DNA of 64,000 bases, from the NCBI GenBank assembly GCA_017475605.1, contig JAFVFD010000002.1:11769-75768 (forward strand), read 5' to 3'. The translations under genes were made by a program, and so were the position numbers. Below are positions 1 through 9,849 of this stretch, in pieces (within the stretch, counting starts at the first letter, position 1; every line of letters begins with the position of its first letter). The notes beneath the pieces are model-generated. The model ran no database searches and was not told where the DNA came from. It saw only the letters and a program-made list of their open reading frames with translations. Origin of the DNA: Alphaproteobacteria bacterium. GTDB lineage: Bacteria; Pseudomonadota; Alphaproteobacteria; Rs-D84.

Positions 1-103
1 GTCGGTTTACCACATCTTCGGATTGTTATTACAGCACCAGTGCCGCGAATACATATTCAAATGTATGTCCAGCAAACTAGAAAGATAAATAGATGGGGGT
101 AAT

Positions 104-1063
104 GTGAAAAATTTGAAATTAATATTTGCTTTAATCGCGCTGGGTATTATGTATGCACCATGTGCAGCAGATGCAGTAGGTACCGCATATCATAGTGGAT
201 ACCCAATCTGTTTAGTAGATGATAACAATGTTTGTTGGCGGTGCGCTGGCACACCGGACCCAACAAATAACTGTACCGGGGGTTTCAATGGTGCCAGTTG
301 CACTAACAGTACATCGGGTGTAAAACCCATTGGAACGGTATATTACAAGACTGGGGGCAGGTTTGAATGTACCAGTTCCGGATGGCAAGAAATAAACACA
401 GAAATAGAAGAAGAGTGTGATGAAAAAGAAACATACCTTTGGACCCCCGCAACGGCCCTTGGAACAGAGCATTCCCCAGGTGCCCTGGTAAATGTTGCCT
501 GTGCCGATTGTGACTGTAACGGATATAATGTATCTGCATCACACAGTCCAGGATATGTCCATTATCAAGAAGTAGAGGTCGCGTGTTTGCCGGGATGGTA
601 TAACCCACGAATTGGTGGTGGGTTATCACAAGGGATTTACCTTTGTGATGAATGTCCAAAAGGGGCAATATGCCCAGGTGGTTATGAACCACCGGTTTGC
701 GGGCCTGGCGAATGTGGCGATCCGCTGACCGCTGAATGCACCCAATGCCCGAATACATCAATTTACAGCAACAGCAGTTTAACATCGTTTGCATCGGTTT
801 TTGTTTCATGGCCGGGCAGTTCCAATCCTAATAAATTCCTTTTGCGGAACCCCCTTAGTTCGCATGATGGCTTGGATATGGTATCTCTGCGGGTTGCTGT
901 AGATATGGGATTGCTTGTGGTTAGTTCTGATAATGATGCGTTTGTAACAACAAAATCTATTGCAGGTGGGACAACCGTTGATTCGTGTTATATAAAAGGT
1001 GAAACAATCTATTATGATGCGTCTGGGGCATTTAAATTTTCATCTGATTGTTACTATAAATAA
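104..1063 (+). CDS. Secreted cysteine-rich protein carrying ephrin-receptor-like CxxCPxGxxCPGG modules; small member of the Cys-rich surface protein family found in this window
   Basis: N-terminal signal peptide MKNLKLIFALIALGIMYAPCAADA. Many Cys residues. Module YLCDECPKGAICPGGYEPPVCGPGECG resembles the repeats in the 25487..28345 protein and in the giant proteins. A bidirectional terminator follows immediately. Confidence 0.6.
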   Translation: MKNLKLIFALIALGIMYAPCAADAVGTAYHSGYPICLVDDNNVCWRCAGTPDPTNNCTGGFNGASCTNSTSGVKPIGTVYYKTGGRFECTSSGWQEINTEIEEECDEKETYLWTPATALGTEHSPGALVNVACADCDCNGYNVSASHSPGYVHYQEVEVACLPGWYNPRIGGGLSQGIYLCDECPKGAICPGGYEPPVCGPGECGDPLTAECTQCPNTSIYSNSSLTSFASVFVSWPGSSNPNKFLLRNPLSSHDGLDMVSLRVAVDMGLLVVSSDNDAFVTTKSIAGGTTVDSCYIKGETIYYDASGAFKFSSDCYYK

Positions 1064-1095
1064 AAAACACCGCCCAAACGGGCGGTGTGTTTTTA
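1062..1095. terminator. Bidirectional rho-independent terminator between the Cys-rich ORF (+) and groEL (-)
   Basis: aaaaaacaCCGCCCaaacGGGCGGtgtgttttt: a GC-rich stem with an A-run on one side and a T-run on the other. Confidence 0.8.
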
Positions 1096-1108
1096 TGTCT
1101 TTAATGTT

Positions 1109-2725
1109 TTACATCATACCAGGCATACCGGCCGGCATTTGTGATGCGGGCTTTTCTTCTGGTATTTCAGCCATCACCGCCCCGGTGGTAAGCATTACGC
1201 CCGCCGTTGACGATGCCGCCATAATTGCGGTTTTAACGACTTTTGCCGGATCAATAATGCCAGATTTCATCATATCGACATATTCGCCGGTCTGGGCATT
1301 GTATCCAAAGTTATAGTCGGCGTTTTCCATAACCTTGCCAACAACGATTTCGCCCGATACCCCGGCATTGTCGGCAATTTGCGCAATTGGCGCAGTAAGG
1401 GCCCGGCGCACAATATCAATACCAACATTTTGATCGGTATTTGCACCAGACAATTTTTCCAATGCCGCCGTCGCACGCAACAGGGCGATTCCACCGCCCG
1501 CCACAATGCCATCGGCAACCGCGGCGCGTGTTGCCGCCAATGCGTCGTCAACGCGGTCTTTCTTTTCTTTAACCTCAACCTCGGTCATGCCACCAACCTT
1601 GATAACGGCGACCCCACCGACCAATTTAGCCAATCTTTCAGACAATTTTTCGCGTTCATAATCACTTGTTGTGTTCGAAAGAGCAACGCGAATTTCGTCG
1701 GCGCGTGCGGCAATCTGTTCCGGGTTGCCCCCGCCATGCGCCAACAATGTGTGGTCTTTGCTGACTATGACACGTTTGGCAGATCCCAACACATCCATTG
1801 TAATATTTTCAAATGTCATACCCATATCATCGGATATAACTGTTGCGCCGGTAACTGTCGCGATATCTTTTAACATCTCTTTGCGGCGATCGCCAAAGCC
1901 AGGGGCCTTGACCGCGCAAACCTTTAACCCGCCACGCAGACGGTTCAATACCAATGTTGCCAATGCTTCGGATTCGACATCTTCTGCAATAATCAACAAT
2001 GGACGGCCCGATTGTGCGATTGGTTCCAAAATTGGCAACAATGCCTGTAAACCTGTAATTTTCTTTTCAGAAACCAAGATTTGTGCGTTGTCCAATTCCG
2101 CCAACATCTTTTCGCTGTTTGTAACGAAATATGGCGACATAAAGCCCTGATCGAATTGCATACCTTCGACAACATCGATTTCTGTTTCCAGACCCTTGGC
2201 TTCTTCTACGGTGATAACACCTTCGCGGCCAACGCGTTCCATCGCATCAGCAATTTTTTTACCAATATCGGCATCGGAATTAGCAGAAATTGTCGCAACC
2301 TGGGCAATTTCAGATGAATCTTTGACCGGACGGGCATGTTTATCAATATCCGCAACGACCGCCTCAACCGCCATGTCAATTCCGCGTTTTACATCCATTG
2401 GATTCATGCCAGCGGCGATAACGCGGCGACCTTCGTGAATTAACTTCTGTGCCAATACTGTTGCGGTTGTTGTGCCGTCCCCGGCATCATCGCCGGCTTT
2501 TTTAGCAACTTCCTGGACCATGCGGGCACCAATGTTTTCCATTGGGTCTTTTAACGACACCGCCTTGGCGACTGTAACGCCGTCCTTGGTCGCAACAGGT
2601 GCGCCATATGATTTTTCAATGATAACTGTGCGGCCCTTGGGTCCCATAGTGATTTTAACTGCGTTGGCTAATTTATCAACGCCTGCTGATAATTTATCTG
2701 TATCAAATACAATATCTTTTGCCAT
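1109..2725 (-). CDS. groEL: Chaperonin GroEL (Hsp60)
   Basis: 538 aa beginning [10 protein letters not shown]. Motifs [11 protein letters not shown] and [13 protein letters not shown]-terminal GGM-type tail PAGMPGMM. Lies immediately downstream of groES. Confidence 0.97.
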   Translation of the reverse strand: MAKDIVFDTDKLSAGVDKLANAVKITMGPKGRTVIIEKSYGAPVATKDGVTVAKAVSLKDPMENIGARMVQEVAKKAGDDAGDGTTTATVLAQKLIHEGRRVIAAGMNPMDVKRGIDMAVEAVVADIDKHARPVKDSSEIAQVATISANSDADIGKKIADAMERVGREGVITVEEAKGLETEIDVVEGMQFDQGFMSPYFVTNSEKMLAELDNAQILVSEKKITGLQALLPILEPIAQSGRPLLIIAEDVESEALATLVLNRLRGGLKVCAVKAPGFGDRRKEMLKDIATVTGATVISDDMGMTFENITMDVLGSAKRVIVSKDHTLLAHGGGNPEQIAARADEIRVALSNTTSDYEREKLSERLAKLVGGVAVIKVGGMTEVEVKEKKDRVDDALAATRAAVADGIVAGGGIALLRATAALEKLSGANTDQNVGIDIVRRALTAPIAQIADNAGVSGEIVVGKVMENADYNFGYNAQTGEYVDMMKSGIIDPAKVVKTAIMAASSTAGVMLTTGAVMAEIPEEKPASQMPAGMPGMM

Positions 2726-2741
2726 AGTTTATTCCCCCAAT

Positions 2742-3029
2742 TTATTTCAAAATACCCAAAATGTCAGATTCGCGTATTAAAACATAGTCGGTACCATCAA
2801 TTTTGACTTCGTTTGCGCTTGATGCCCATTTAGCAAATAATACGGTATCGCCCACTGCGACAGTCATTGGTACGCGTGCACCGTTTTGAATTTCGCCATC
2901 GCCCACCGCGATAACGACACCACGAGACGGCTTTTCCCGCGCCGTATCTGGAATAATGATGCCACCGGCTGTTTTGGTTTCTTCTTCGATTCTTTGTAAT
3001 AAAACATAGTTATTTAATGGTTTAAACAT
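2742..3029 (-). CDS. groES: Co-chaperonin GroES (Hsp10)
   Basis: The ORF track gives 2742..3113, but the internal Met at MFKPLNNYVLLQRIEEE yields a ~95-aa GroES of typical length. Mobile-loop and GDTVLF motifs are present. A 16-nt gap separates it from groEL. Confidence 0.9.
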   Translation of the reverse strand: MFKPLNNYVLLQRIEEETKTAGGIIIPDTAREKPSRGVVIAVGDGEIQNGARVPMTVAVGDTVLFAKWASSANEVKIDGTDYVLIRESDILGILK

Positions 3030-3064
3030 ATTCTTAACCCCCTTGTATACCAATGTTATTCCAA

Positions 3065-3092
3065 ATATAGTGCGTAAAAACGCGATTTCAAG
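3065..3092 (-). promoter_or_regulatory. Sigma-32 (RpoH)-type heat-shock promoter upstream of groES
   Basis: On the minus strand: CTTGAAA (3092..3086), then a 13-nt spacer, then CACTATAT (3072..3065). The sigma-32 consensus is CTTGAAA-N13/14-CCCCATnT. It lies ~35 nt upstream of the groES ATG. No CIRCE inverted repeat is seen. Confidence 0.45.
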
Positions 3093-3136
3093 GCTTGATT
3101 TTATTCGTATCATACAATAATATGTATTAGTTAAAA

Positions 3137-3505
3137 ATGGGGGAAATTATGTACGATAAAAATAATGTTTTTGCGAAAATTATTCGTGGTGAAATACCAT
3201 CAAAACGTATTTATGAAAATGCCTATGCGCTGTCTTTCTATGATATAGACCCGGCGGCAACAATACACGCGCTGGTCATTCCGCGCGGGGAATATGAAAA
3301 TATGCTAGATTTTTCGGCGAACGCATCGGATGATGAAAAATTAGGCTTTTTTGATTGCTTGAATCAAACGGCGGCAAAATTGGGTGTGTCCGATTGTAAT
3401 ATCTTTGCCAACACTGGAAATGGTGTCTATATTCGTCAAAGTGTGCCACATTTTCATATGCACATTGTTGCGGGCGAAAAAATCAAGGAAATAACGACAC
3501 TGTAA
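3137..3505 (+). CDS. HIT-family (histidine triad) nucleotide hydrolase
   Basis: Histidine triad HFHMHIV near the C-terminus and the KIIRGEIP N-terminal motif. An alternative start at 3149 (MYDKNN) has a better-placed GGGGGA Shine-Dalgarno. Confidence 0.85.
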   Translation: MGEIMYDKNNVFAKIIRGEIPSKRIYENAYALSFYDIDPAATIHALVIPRGEYENMLDFSANASDDEKLGFFDCLNQTAAKLGVSDCNIFANTGNGVYIRQSVPHFHMHIVAGEKIKEITTL

Positions 3506-3723
3506 TGATTATAAATGTTCGTGTTATTCCACGCGCCCGCGTTCAAAAAATAGTTGCCGATGGCGACACCCTGCGCGTTTATACCAACGCGGCACCGTCC
3601 GATGGGGCGGCAAATGCCGCGGTGATAAAGATGCTGGCTAAACATATGGGGGTTCCAAAGTCAACAATTACCATTATTCGCGGGGCAACATCACACGATA
3701 AAGTAATTGAAATCAATAAATAA
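3505..3723 (+). CDS. DUF167/YggU-family small protein
   Basis: 72 aa. The motifs ARVQKIV...GDTLRVYTNAAPSDGAANAAVIKMLAKH are typical of UPF0235/YggU. The start overlaps the HIT stop (TAATG). Confidence 0.75.
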   Translation: MIINVRVIPRARVQKIVADGDTLRVYTNAAPSDGAANAAVIKMLAKHMGVPKSTITIIRGATSHDKVIEINK

Positions 3724-3746
3724 ACCGCCGTTTTGGCGGTTTTTTA
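3724..3746. terminator. Bidirectional terminator (YggU-like gene on +, LOG gene on -)
   Basis: aACCGCCgttttGGCGGTttttt. Confidence 0.7.
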
Positions 3747-4295
3747 ATAATTTAAAATATTGTTCATTATCTCTTCGGGGGTGTCGCCCATATATACGAT
3801 ATAGTCGTCCCAATCGTCAATAAAGCCATTGCGGCGCATACTTAACATAAGGACATTAAGTTGTTCCCAAAAATTAGATGTATTAAGTAAAAAGATTGGT
3901 TTTTTTGTTTCGCCAATCTGCTGCATCGTTAAAATATCGGTCGCCTCGTTCAAAGTGCCGATGCCGCCTGGCATAATGATAAATGCATCCGACAATTCAA
4001 ACATTTTCTGTTTTCGTTCGTTCACGCCATGCACAATTTGAACATCTATTTTTTCATGGGCGGGTTCCTGTTTTGCAATAACGTATTCGGTGGAAACACC
4101 AATAACATGCGCGCCGTTGTTAAGTGCCGCGGACGCAACAGTTCCCATTAAACCAACATCGCCACCACCAAATACCATATTTAACCCATTTTTGGCAATT
4201 AATTCACCCATAAGACCCGCATCGCGCACAAAGGCGGGGTTTATCCCAAATTCATGGCCGCAATAAACAGCAACGGTTTTGATTTTCCGTTTCAT
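3744..4295 (-). CDS. LOG-family cytokinin riboside 5'-monophosphate phosphoribohydrolase-like (TIGR00730)
   Basis: 183 aa. Motifs VYCGHEFG, VFGGGDVGLMG and PGGIGTLNEATD. Confidence 0.85.
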   Translation of the reverse strand: MKRKIKTVAVYCGHEFGINPAFVRDAGLMGELIAKNGLNMVFGGGDVGLMGTVASAALNNGAHVIGVSTEYVIAKQEPAHEKIDVQIVHGVNERKQKMFELSDAFIIMPGGIGTLNEATDILTMQQIGETKKPIFLLNTSNFWEQLNVLMLSMRRNGFIDDWDDYIVYMGDTPEEIMNNILNY

Positions 4296-4343
4296 TTCTT
4301 TTTCCCTTTATTTTTATAAATTATATCATAAAATGGCGATATT

Positions 4344-5318
4344 ATGAATCAAAAGTTTATTGATTTTATGCGGGCTTTCTATGGGAAAAAACTGGCTGTT
4401 GCGGTAAGTGGTGGTGTTGATTCCGTTGCGCTTTTACATTGGTTGGTGGAAATCGGGGCGGATATAGTGTGCTTACATGTGAATCATGGCCTGCGTGCCG
4501 CTGCGGACACAGAAAGCGAATATGTAAAAGAACTGTGCCAAAAATTGAAAGTGCCGGTCCAAATTTTTTATTGGACGGACGAAAAACCAACCGCAGGGAT
4601 CGAGGCCGCCGCCCGCGCCGCGCGCTATAAGATGATGACCGATTTTTGTGCCGATAATGGAATTGAATACCTGCTTACTGCGCACCAGGCGGACGATCAA
4701 ATTGAAACGTTTTTAATGAATTTGGGGCGGGGCAGTGGGGTTTTCGGCCTTGCCGCGATGCAGGCGGTATCGATGCGCGATGGAATTAAAATTGTGCGCC
4801 CGCTGTTAAATGTTTCACGCGAAGAATTACGTGAATATTGTGATTCGCGTGGTATTAAATATTTTATGGATGAAATGAACGACGATGCCCGATATACCCG
4901 CGTGCGTATTCGTCAAAACCGCCATGTTTTGCGCGATATGCTGGGGATAAGCGACGATCGTATTTTGTTGGCAATTGAAAATCTGGCGCGTGCGCGTGAT
5001 GCAATCGCAAACGATATTGATAAATTGGTGGCTGATGTCATGGGTGATGGATTTGCTATGTTTAGTGATTCTTTTCTGTTTGACCTTATGCCAGATTTTA
5101 GATTAAAGTTTATCGGAACATTGATTCAAAAAATTGGGGGGGACAAATATCCGCCGCGTTTGAATTCGCTGGAAAATGCCGAAAAGAAATTACATGCTGA
5201 TTGTAAGTTCACATTGGGGCATTGTACGGTGCGACGTTTAGGGGCGCGTATCTTAATTGTTCCCGAAGGGGCAAAAACAACATTCAGGAAAAGACATGGC
5301 AAAATTAGAAAAAATTAA
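4344..5318 (+). CDS. tilS: tRNA(Ile)-lysidine synthetase TilS
   Basis: PP-loop SGGVDS at the N-terminus. Conserved tilS-ftsH synteny. Confidence 0.85.
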   Translation: MNQKFIDFMRAFYGKKLAVAVSGGVDSVALLHWLVEIGADIVCLHVNHGLRAAADTESEYVKELCQKLKVPVQIFYWTDEKPTAGIEAAARAARYKMMTDFCADNGIEYLLTAHQADDQIETFLMNLGRGSGVFGLAAMQAVSMRDGIKIVRPLLNVSREELREYCDSRGIKYFMDEMNDDARYTRVRIRQNRHVLRDMLGISDDRILLAIENLARARDAIANDIDKLVADVMGDGFAMFSDSFLFDLMPDFRLKFIGTLIQKIGGDKYPPRLNSLENAEKKLHADCKFTLGHCTVRRLGARILIVPEGAKTTFRKRHGKIRKN

Positions 5319-7194
5319 AAATAAAATGAAACGCGATAAATCAATTTGGTATTTGATTGTGCCGGCATTCATTATGATATTGCTGGGGGCATTGGCATTT
5401 GGTGGGCGTGGCACATTGTTGCCGATATCGTCCAATGGGGCGGAACCTGCGCGTCCGGTGGAATTGTCTTTTTCAGATGTATTGCGTCGTGCCGATGAAA
5501 TCAAGACGATGAACATTCGTGGGTCTGATGCGACGGGGACATTGGACGATGGTACAAAATATACCGCAACAATTACATACGATCCTGAATTGTTGGAAAA
5601 AATTGCGGCGGGTGGCGCATCTATATCAATTGATTCATCAAAATCATTTTGGGACAAGACGGTGTATTGGTTCCCATTGTTTTTGTGGTTTGTATTTTTC
5701 TGGATGTTATTCCGCGGTCCGCGTGGTGGCATAAGTCGCAGTATCGCCGCACAAAACCCAACTAAAATAATGACCGGTAATTCCAAGAAAACGACATTCA
5801 AAGATGTCGCGGGAATTGATGCCGAAAAGCAGGAATTGATGGAAATAGTAGATTTCCTTAAAAACAAGGACAAGTTCCGCGCGTTGGGTGCGCGTGTGCC
5901 GCGTGGTGTGTTGTTGTCGGGTGAACCAGGCACCGGAAAAACATTACTTGCGCGCGCAATTGCGGGCGAAGCAAATGTTCCATTTTTTGCCGCATCGGGC
6001 AGTGATTTTTCCGGCATTATTGTCGGACTGGGGGTTGCTAAAATCAAAGAAATGTTTGAAATGGCAAAACGTAATGCGCCATGTATTTTGTTCATTGATG
6101 AAATAGATGCTATTGGCCAGAAACGCAGTACCCAGATTCATAACGACCAGGACCGCGAACAAACATTGAATCAGTTGTTGATTGAAATGGACGGGTTTGC
6201 GAATAATACAGGCATCATCGTTTTGGGGGCAACGAATCGTGTTGATATGTTGGATCCTGCGCTGTTGCGTCCAGGACGTTTTGACCGCCAGGTTTATATT
6301 GAATTACCGGACCTGACCGGGCGCAAACAGATTCTTGATTTATATGCGAACCGCGTGAAACTTGCCCCGGATGTTGATTTGATGGATGTTGCGCGTGGGA
6401 CAACGGGCTTTTCGGGGGCGGACCTTGAAAACCTGCTGAACGAGGCGGCTTTACATGCTGTACGCGTTGGGCATGTTGAAATCACAAATGCCGATATGGA
6501 CGAAGCGCGCGATAAAATCATGATGGGGCCACGCAAAGTGCGCAAGATTCGCGATGATGATAAAAAACTAACCGCTTTTCACGAAGCCGGCCACGCATTT
6601 GTCAGTCAACATTATGCGGATATTACAGACCCAATACACAAGGCGACGATTATTCCGCGTGGACGCGCGTTGGGCATGGTGCAACACCTGCCAATTGATG
6701 ACAAGGTTTCCATGACCATTGCCGAGGTTCGCGCCCAATTATCAATCGCGCTGGCTGGGCGTGCCGCCGAAGAAATATTCTTTGGTGCGAATAAAATTAC
6801 AACTGGCGCGGAAAGTGATATTGCCGGCGCAACACGTTTGGCACGTTATTCAATAACTACGGCGGGTTTGTCCGACAAAATAGGGCCGGTTGCGGTAAAT
6901 CAATCTAATACATGGGGCGGGCGCAGCGCGTTGGAAAACGCATCTGAAAAAACCGCTGAAATGGTTGATAACGAATTGCGTTCGTGGCTGGATGCGGCAC
7001 ATGGCGATGCGGTTAAAATATTAACCCAGAATAGAAAAACGGTGGAACGCCTGGCGGGCGAATTATTGAAACGCGAAACATTAACTGGTGATGAAATCCG
7101 CGAAATTATATTGGATAAAAAACCAGTGAAAAAGCAGCCCGCAAAATCAACCACCAAAACCACAACTAAAAAGAAAACAGTTGTGAAAAAATAA
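5296..7194 (+). CDS. ftsH: ATP-dependent zinc metalloprotease FtsH
   Basis: Two N-terminal TM segments, Walker A GEPGTGKT, SRH region and HEAGH zinc site. The start is taken at MAKLEKIKNK, internal to ORF 5257..7194. Confidence 0.95.
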   Translation: MAKLEKIKNKMKRDKSIWYLIVPAFIMILLGALAFGGRGTLLPISSNGAEPARPVELSFSDVLRRADEIKTMNIRGSDATGTLDDGTKYTATITYDPELLEKIAAGGASISIDSSKSFWDKTVYWFPLFLWFVFFWMLFRGPRGGISRSIAAQNPTKIMTGNSKKTTFKDVAGIDAEKQELMEIVDFLKNKDKFRALGARVPRGVLLSGEPGTGKTLLARAIAGEANVPFFAASGSDFSGIIVGLGVAKIKEMFEMAKRNAPCILFIDEIDAIGQKRSTQIHNDQDREQTLNQLLIEMDGFANNTGIIVLGATNRVDMLDPALLRPGRFDRQVYIELPDLTGRKQILDLYANRVKLAPDVDLMDVARGTTGFSGADLENLLNEAALHAVRVGHVEITNADMDEARDKIMMGPRKVRKIRDDDKKLTAFHEAGHAFVSQHYADITDPIHKATIIPRGRALGMVQHLPIDDKVSMTIAEVRAQLSIALAGRAAEEIFFGANKITTGAESDIAGATRLARYSITTAGLSDKIGPVAVNQSNTWGGRSALENASEKTAEMVDNELRSWLDAAHGDAVKILTQNRKTVERLAGELLKRETLTGDEIREIILDKKPVKKQPAKSTTKTTTKKKTVVKK

Positions 7195-7199
7195 TAAAT

Positions 7200-7226
7200 A
7201 AAAAGGGCATCATTTGATGCCTTTTT
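7200..7226. terminator. Bidirectional terminator after ftsH (+) and the methyltransferase gene (-)
   Basis: aaaaaGGGCATCAtttGATGCCtttttatt. Confidence 0.75.
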
Positions 7227-7794
7227 ATTTCCTTAAGTCATAAACAAATAGTTTGTGTGGATATTTATATCGACCATAACGTGTGGAACCATGGCCAACA
7301 TCAATTATGTGTGTCGGCTTTAATTCATCAATTGGCACATCAAGTGTGATAATCATATCAAATTGTTTTGTGTATTCCGCCAACCGATAATTAGTGTTCG
7401 GTCCCAGGTACGCAACCCCTATATCAAATCTTGGCGATGATTTTAAATATTCAAACGCATCGCATTTTATAATTTGAATATGCGTGCGTGCGAACCAATT
7501 GGCGATGCGTGAAACAGTTATGGTAAATGGCATGTTTTCCAATGCCACGACCGTCGCATTACAATTCCGCGCGATATATCGTGCCAGTCCGCCATATCCC
7601 GCACCAATATCAACAATCGATGTCGCGTTTGGGTAATATTTATTTATGGTACGTACCACTGCGCGACGCAAACGCTTTGCACTGGCCACAAATGGTATTT
7701 GATTGTGCGCAATGCACCAAATATATTCCGCGCCATATACGATGATATACAATTCGCCGATAAAAATTAAAAACGCAATTATGTACGCAATCAT
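7225..7794 (-). CDS. Class I SAM-dependent methyltransferase with an N-terminal TM helix
   Basis: Motif I VDIGAGYGG. 189 aa. Confidence 0.6.
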   Translation of the reverse strand: MIAYIIAFLIFIGELYIIVYGAEYIWCIAHNQIPFVASAKRLRRAVVRTINKYYPNATSIVDIGAGYGGLARYIARNCNATVVALENMPFTITVSRIANWFARTHIQIIKCDAFEYLKSSPRFDIGVAYLGPNTNYRLAEYTKQFDMIITLDVPIDELKPTHIIDVGHGSTRYGRYKYPHKLFVYDLRK

Positions 7795-7797
7795 ATT

Positions 7798-9093
7798 TTA
7801 TAACTGAATGAACCAATCTGGGTTCTTGGACAATTGTTCAATGCCATCGTCCAGTTTTTTACGGTATTCAATAAACTTCTTTTTATCTGCATCGCCCAGA
7901 TTGCTTATGGCCGGCAGTTTCGCGGTTAACGGATTTACATGTGTTCCGTTTTTAATTAATTCATAGTGTAAATGTGGACCTGTTGACATACCTGTGGAAC
8001 CGACATAACCAATCGTTTGTCCCTGTTTTACAGCGGTACCGACAACAACACCCTTGGCAAACTTGGACATGTGCGCATAAAGTGTTTCATATGTGCCGTT
8101 ATGGCGAATCTTTATATAGTTTCCATGTCCACGATTAAACCCGCGTGCAACGACACGTCCAGACCCCGCCGCCGGAATAGGTGTACCGGTTGATGCGCGG
8201 AAATCGACCCCCTTGTGTGCGCGGGTAAAGCCCAAGATTGGGTGTTTACGTCTTGATGAAAAGTTTGATGTAACCTTGGCATTATTAATAGGTGTGCGTT
8301 TTAATGATTTGATTGCGCCATTACCGTTTTCGTCATAATAACCCATTGTGCCATCAGATTTTTTGAATCGATACATTTTTACATTACCGCGCAGGGCTTC
8401 GAACTGAACGGCCAAAACATGCCCGTTATCAACCTTTTGTCCGTCTGAAAAGTTTTCTTCGTATAAAACAGAAAAGTGTTGTCCCGCACGAACATCGCGT
8501 TCAAAGTCCATTTCAAATGCCAATAAATCATACACATCAATCAAAATGCCCGCCGGAATACCCGCACGAACACCCGCCAGATAAAAACTGTCGCCGTTTT
8601 TGATTTCGCCCGATTTATATACCGCGCGTGTATCGCGTTCTATTTCAATTGTATTACAATTCCAACCGCCATTTTCGCCACATGTTAATTCAACCTGTTT
8701 CCATGGGGACGGTATAAGAACAATTTTAGACACCGGCGCATCGGTTGTGGCGCGCACGAATTCTATTTTATCGCTGTCTGCGCGCAGGGTGGAAATACCC
8801 GCACTTTTCTTTAATGCGTCCGAAATTGCGTTCACATCAGAATTATTCAACCCCTGGTCAATCAATAATTTCCCCAATGTATCGCCAGACGCGACAACAA
8901 CAACAGTTTTACATTCATCACTTGATGTGGGGGTAATTGTTCGTGTTCCTGGGTGTAATACAACGACAAAAATCGCGACAAGCGATAACACAATTGCCAA
9001 AACCATCACCAATCGGGACAGCATGGATGCATTTATAATATCTTTTGCTTTTTTCATAGGGGCAATTATAATAGTTTTATGAAAATAAATCAA
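7798..9093 (-). CDS. M23-family (LytM-domain) metallopeptidase, membrane-anchored
   Basis: HKGVDF...GxGRVV...GSTGMSTGPHLHYE near the C-terminus; N-terminal TM anchor. The start is probably the internal MKKAKD at ~9057, because the longest ORF overlaps the prmC start. Confidence 0.85.
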   Translation of the reverse strand: MIYFHKTIIIAPMKKAKDIINASMLSRLVMVLAIVLSLVAIFVVVLHPGTRTITPTSSDECKTVVVVASGDTLGKLLIDQGLNNSDVNAISDALKKSAGISTLRADSDKIEFVRATTDAPVSKIVLIPSPWKQVELTCGENGGWNCNTIEIERDTRAVYKSGEIKNGDSFYLAGVRAGIPAGILIDVYDLLAFEMDFERDVRAGQHFSVLYEENFSDGQKVDNGHVLAVQFEALRGNVKMYRFKKSDGTMGYYDENGNGAIKSLKRTPINNAKVTSNFSSRRKHPILGFTRAHKGVDFRASTGTPIPAAGSGRVVARGFNRGHGNYIKIRHNGTYETLYAHMSKFAKGVVVGTAVKQGQTIGYVGSTGMSTGPHLHYELIKNGTHVNPLTAKLPAISNLGDADKKKFIEYRKKLDDGIEQLSKNPDWFIQL

Positions 9094-9849
9094 GCGTTCG
9101 CAATTTTATCATCGGCATCTGATGCGCATACGGCGCGTATAATAACCGAACATTTCGGTAAAATGTCGCGGTTTGCCGTCTGGCGTGCGGCGCGTTGCCT
9201 GCGGCGTGGGGTGCCGGTTGCCAAAATAATACACGAAAAGTGGTTTTATGGCATACCATTTTATACCAATCGGCATACTTTGGACCCGCGGCCCGATACA
9301 GAAACCCTGGTGGAATCGGTGCTGGGTGATTGGCGCGGTGTGAACGGTGTGCGTATACTGGATATGGGAACCGGAACGGGTTGCATTATAATTTCTGTTT
9401 TGAAAAACATACCGAACGCATCTGGGGTTGCGATTGATGTGTCGCGCCGGGCATTGCGTGTTGCGCGCAAAAACGCGCAAAGGCATGAAATGGGGGCGCG
9501 CATGGATATTGTGCGGGGAACATTTTTAACCCCCAATATTCATCACGAACAATTTGATATAATTGTGTCTAATCCGCCATATATTGCGCCCGGGGATACA
9601 CGTGTAAATGCCGGTGCGACATTTGATCCAAAAATCGCACTTTACGCGGAAAATAATGGGTTGTGCGCATATGAACAAATTGCGGATACCGCGCGGTCGT
9701 ATATAAAGCCCGGCGGCTTAATCTATCTTGAAATTGGAAGCGGTATGTCGCGTGCGGTGCGTGGAATCTTTGCGCGAATGGGGTGGAAATTTGTGCGTGC
9801 CGATAAAGATTTAACTGGTAAAATACGCGTGTTAGTATTTAGTCTATAA
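9079..9849 (+). CDS. prmC: Release-factor glutamine N5-methyltransferase PrmC (HemK)
   Basis: DMGTGTGCI motif I and the NPPY motif. Confidence 0.85.
   Translation: MKINQAFAILSSASDAHTARIITEHFGKMSRFAVWRAARCLRRGVPVAKIIHEKWFYGIPFYTNRHTLDPRPDTETLVESVLGDWRGVNGVRILDMGTGTGCIIISVLKNIPNASGVAIDVSRRALRVARKNAQRHEMGARMDIVRGTFLTPNIHHEQFDIIVSNPPYIAPGDTRVNAGATFDPKIALYAENNGLCAYEQIADTARSYIKPGGLIYLEIGSGMSRAVRGIFARMGWKFVRADKDLTGKIRVLVFSL

Noticed and set aside
5253-6095. Long antisense ORFs inside well-supported genes (e.g. 5253..6095 opposite ftsH, 13505..14383 opposite htpX, 16549..17237 opposite murJ, 1379..2150 opposite groEL)
   Set aside because: They are low-complexity translations with no motifs, and they overlap genes that have strong homology signatures. 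They are typical GC-skewed antisense artefacts.
9079-9093. A 15-nt overlap between the divergent starts of the M23 peptidase gene (-) and prmC (+)
   Set aside because: This is most likely an ORF-caller artefact. The peptidase has a better internal start (MKKAKD, ~9057) that removes the overlap.
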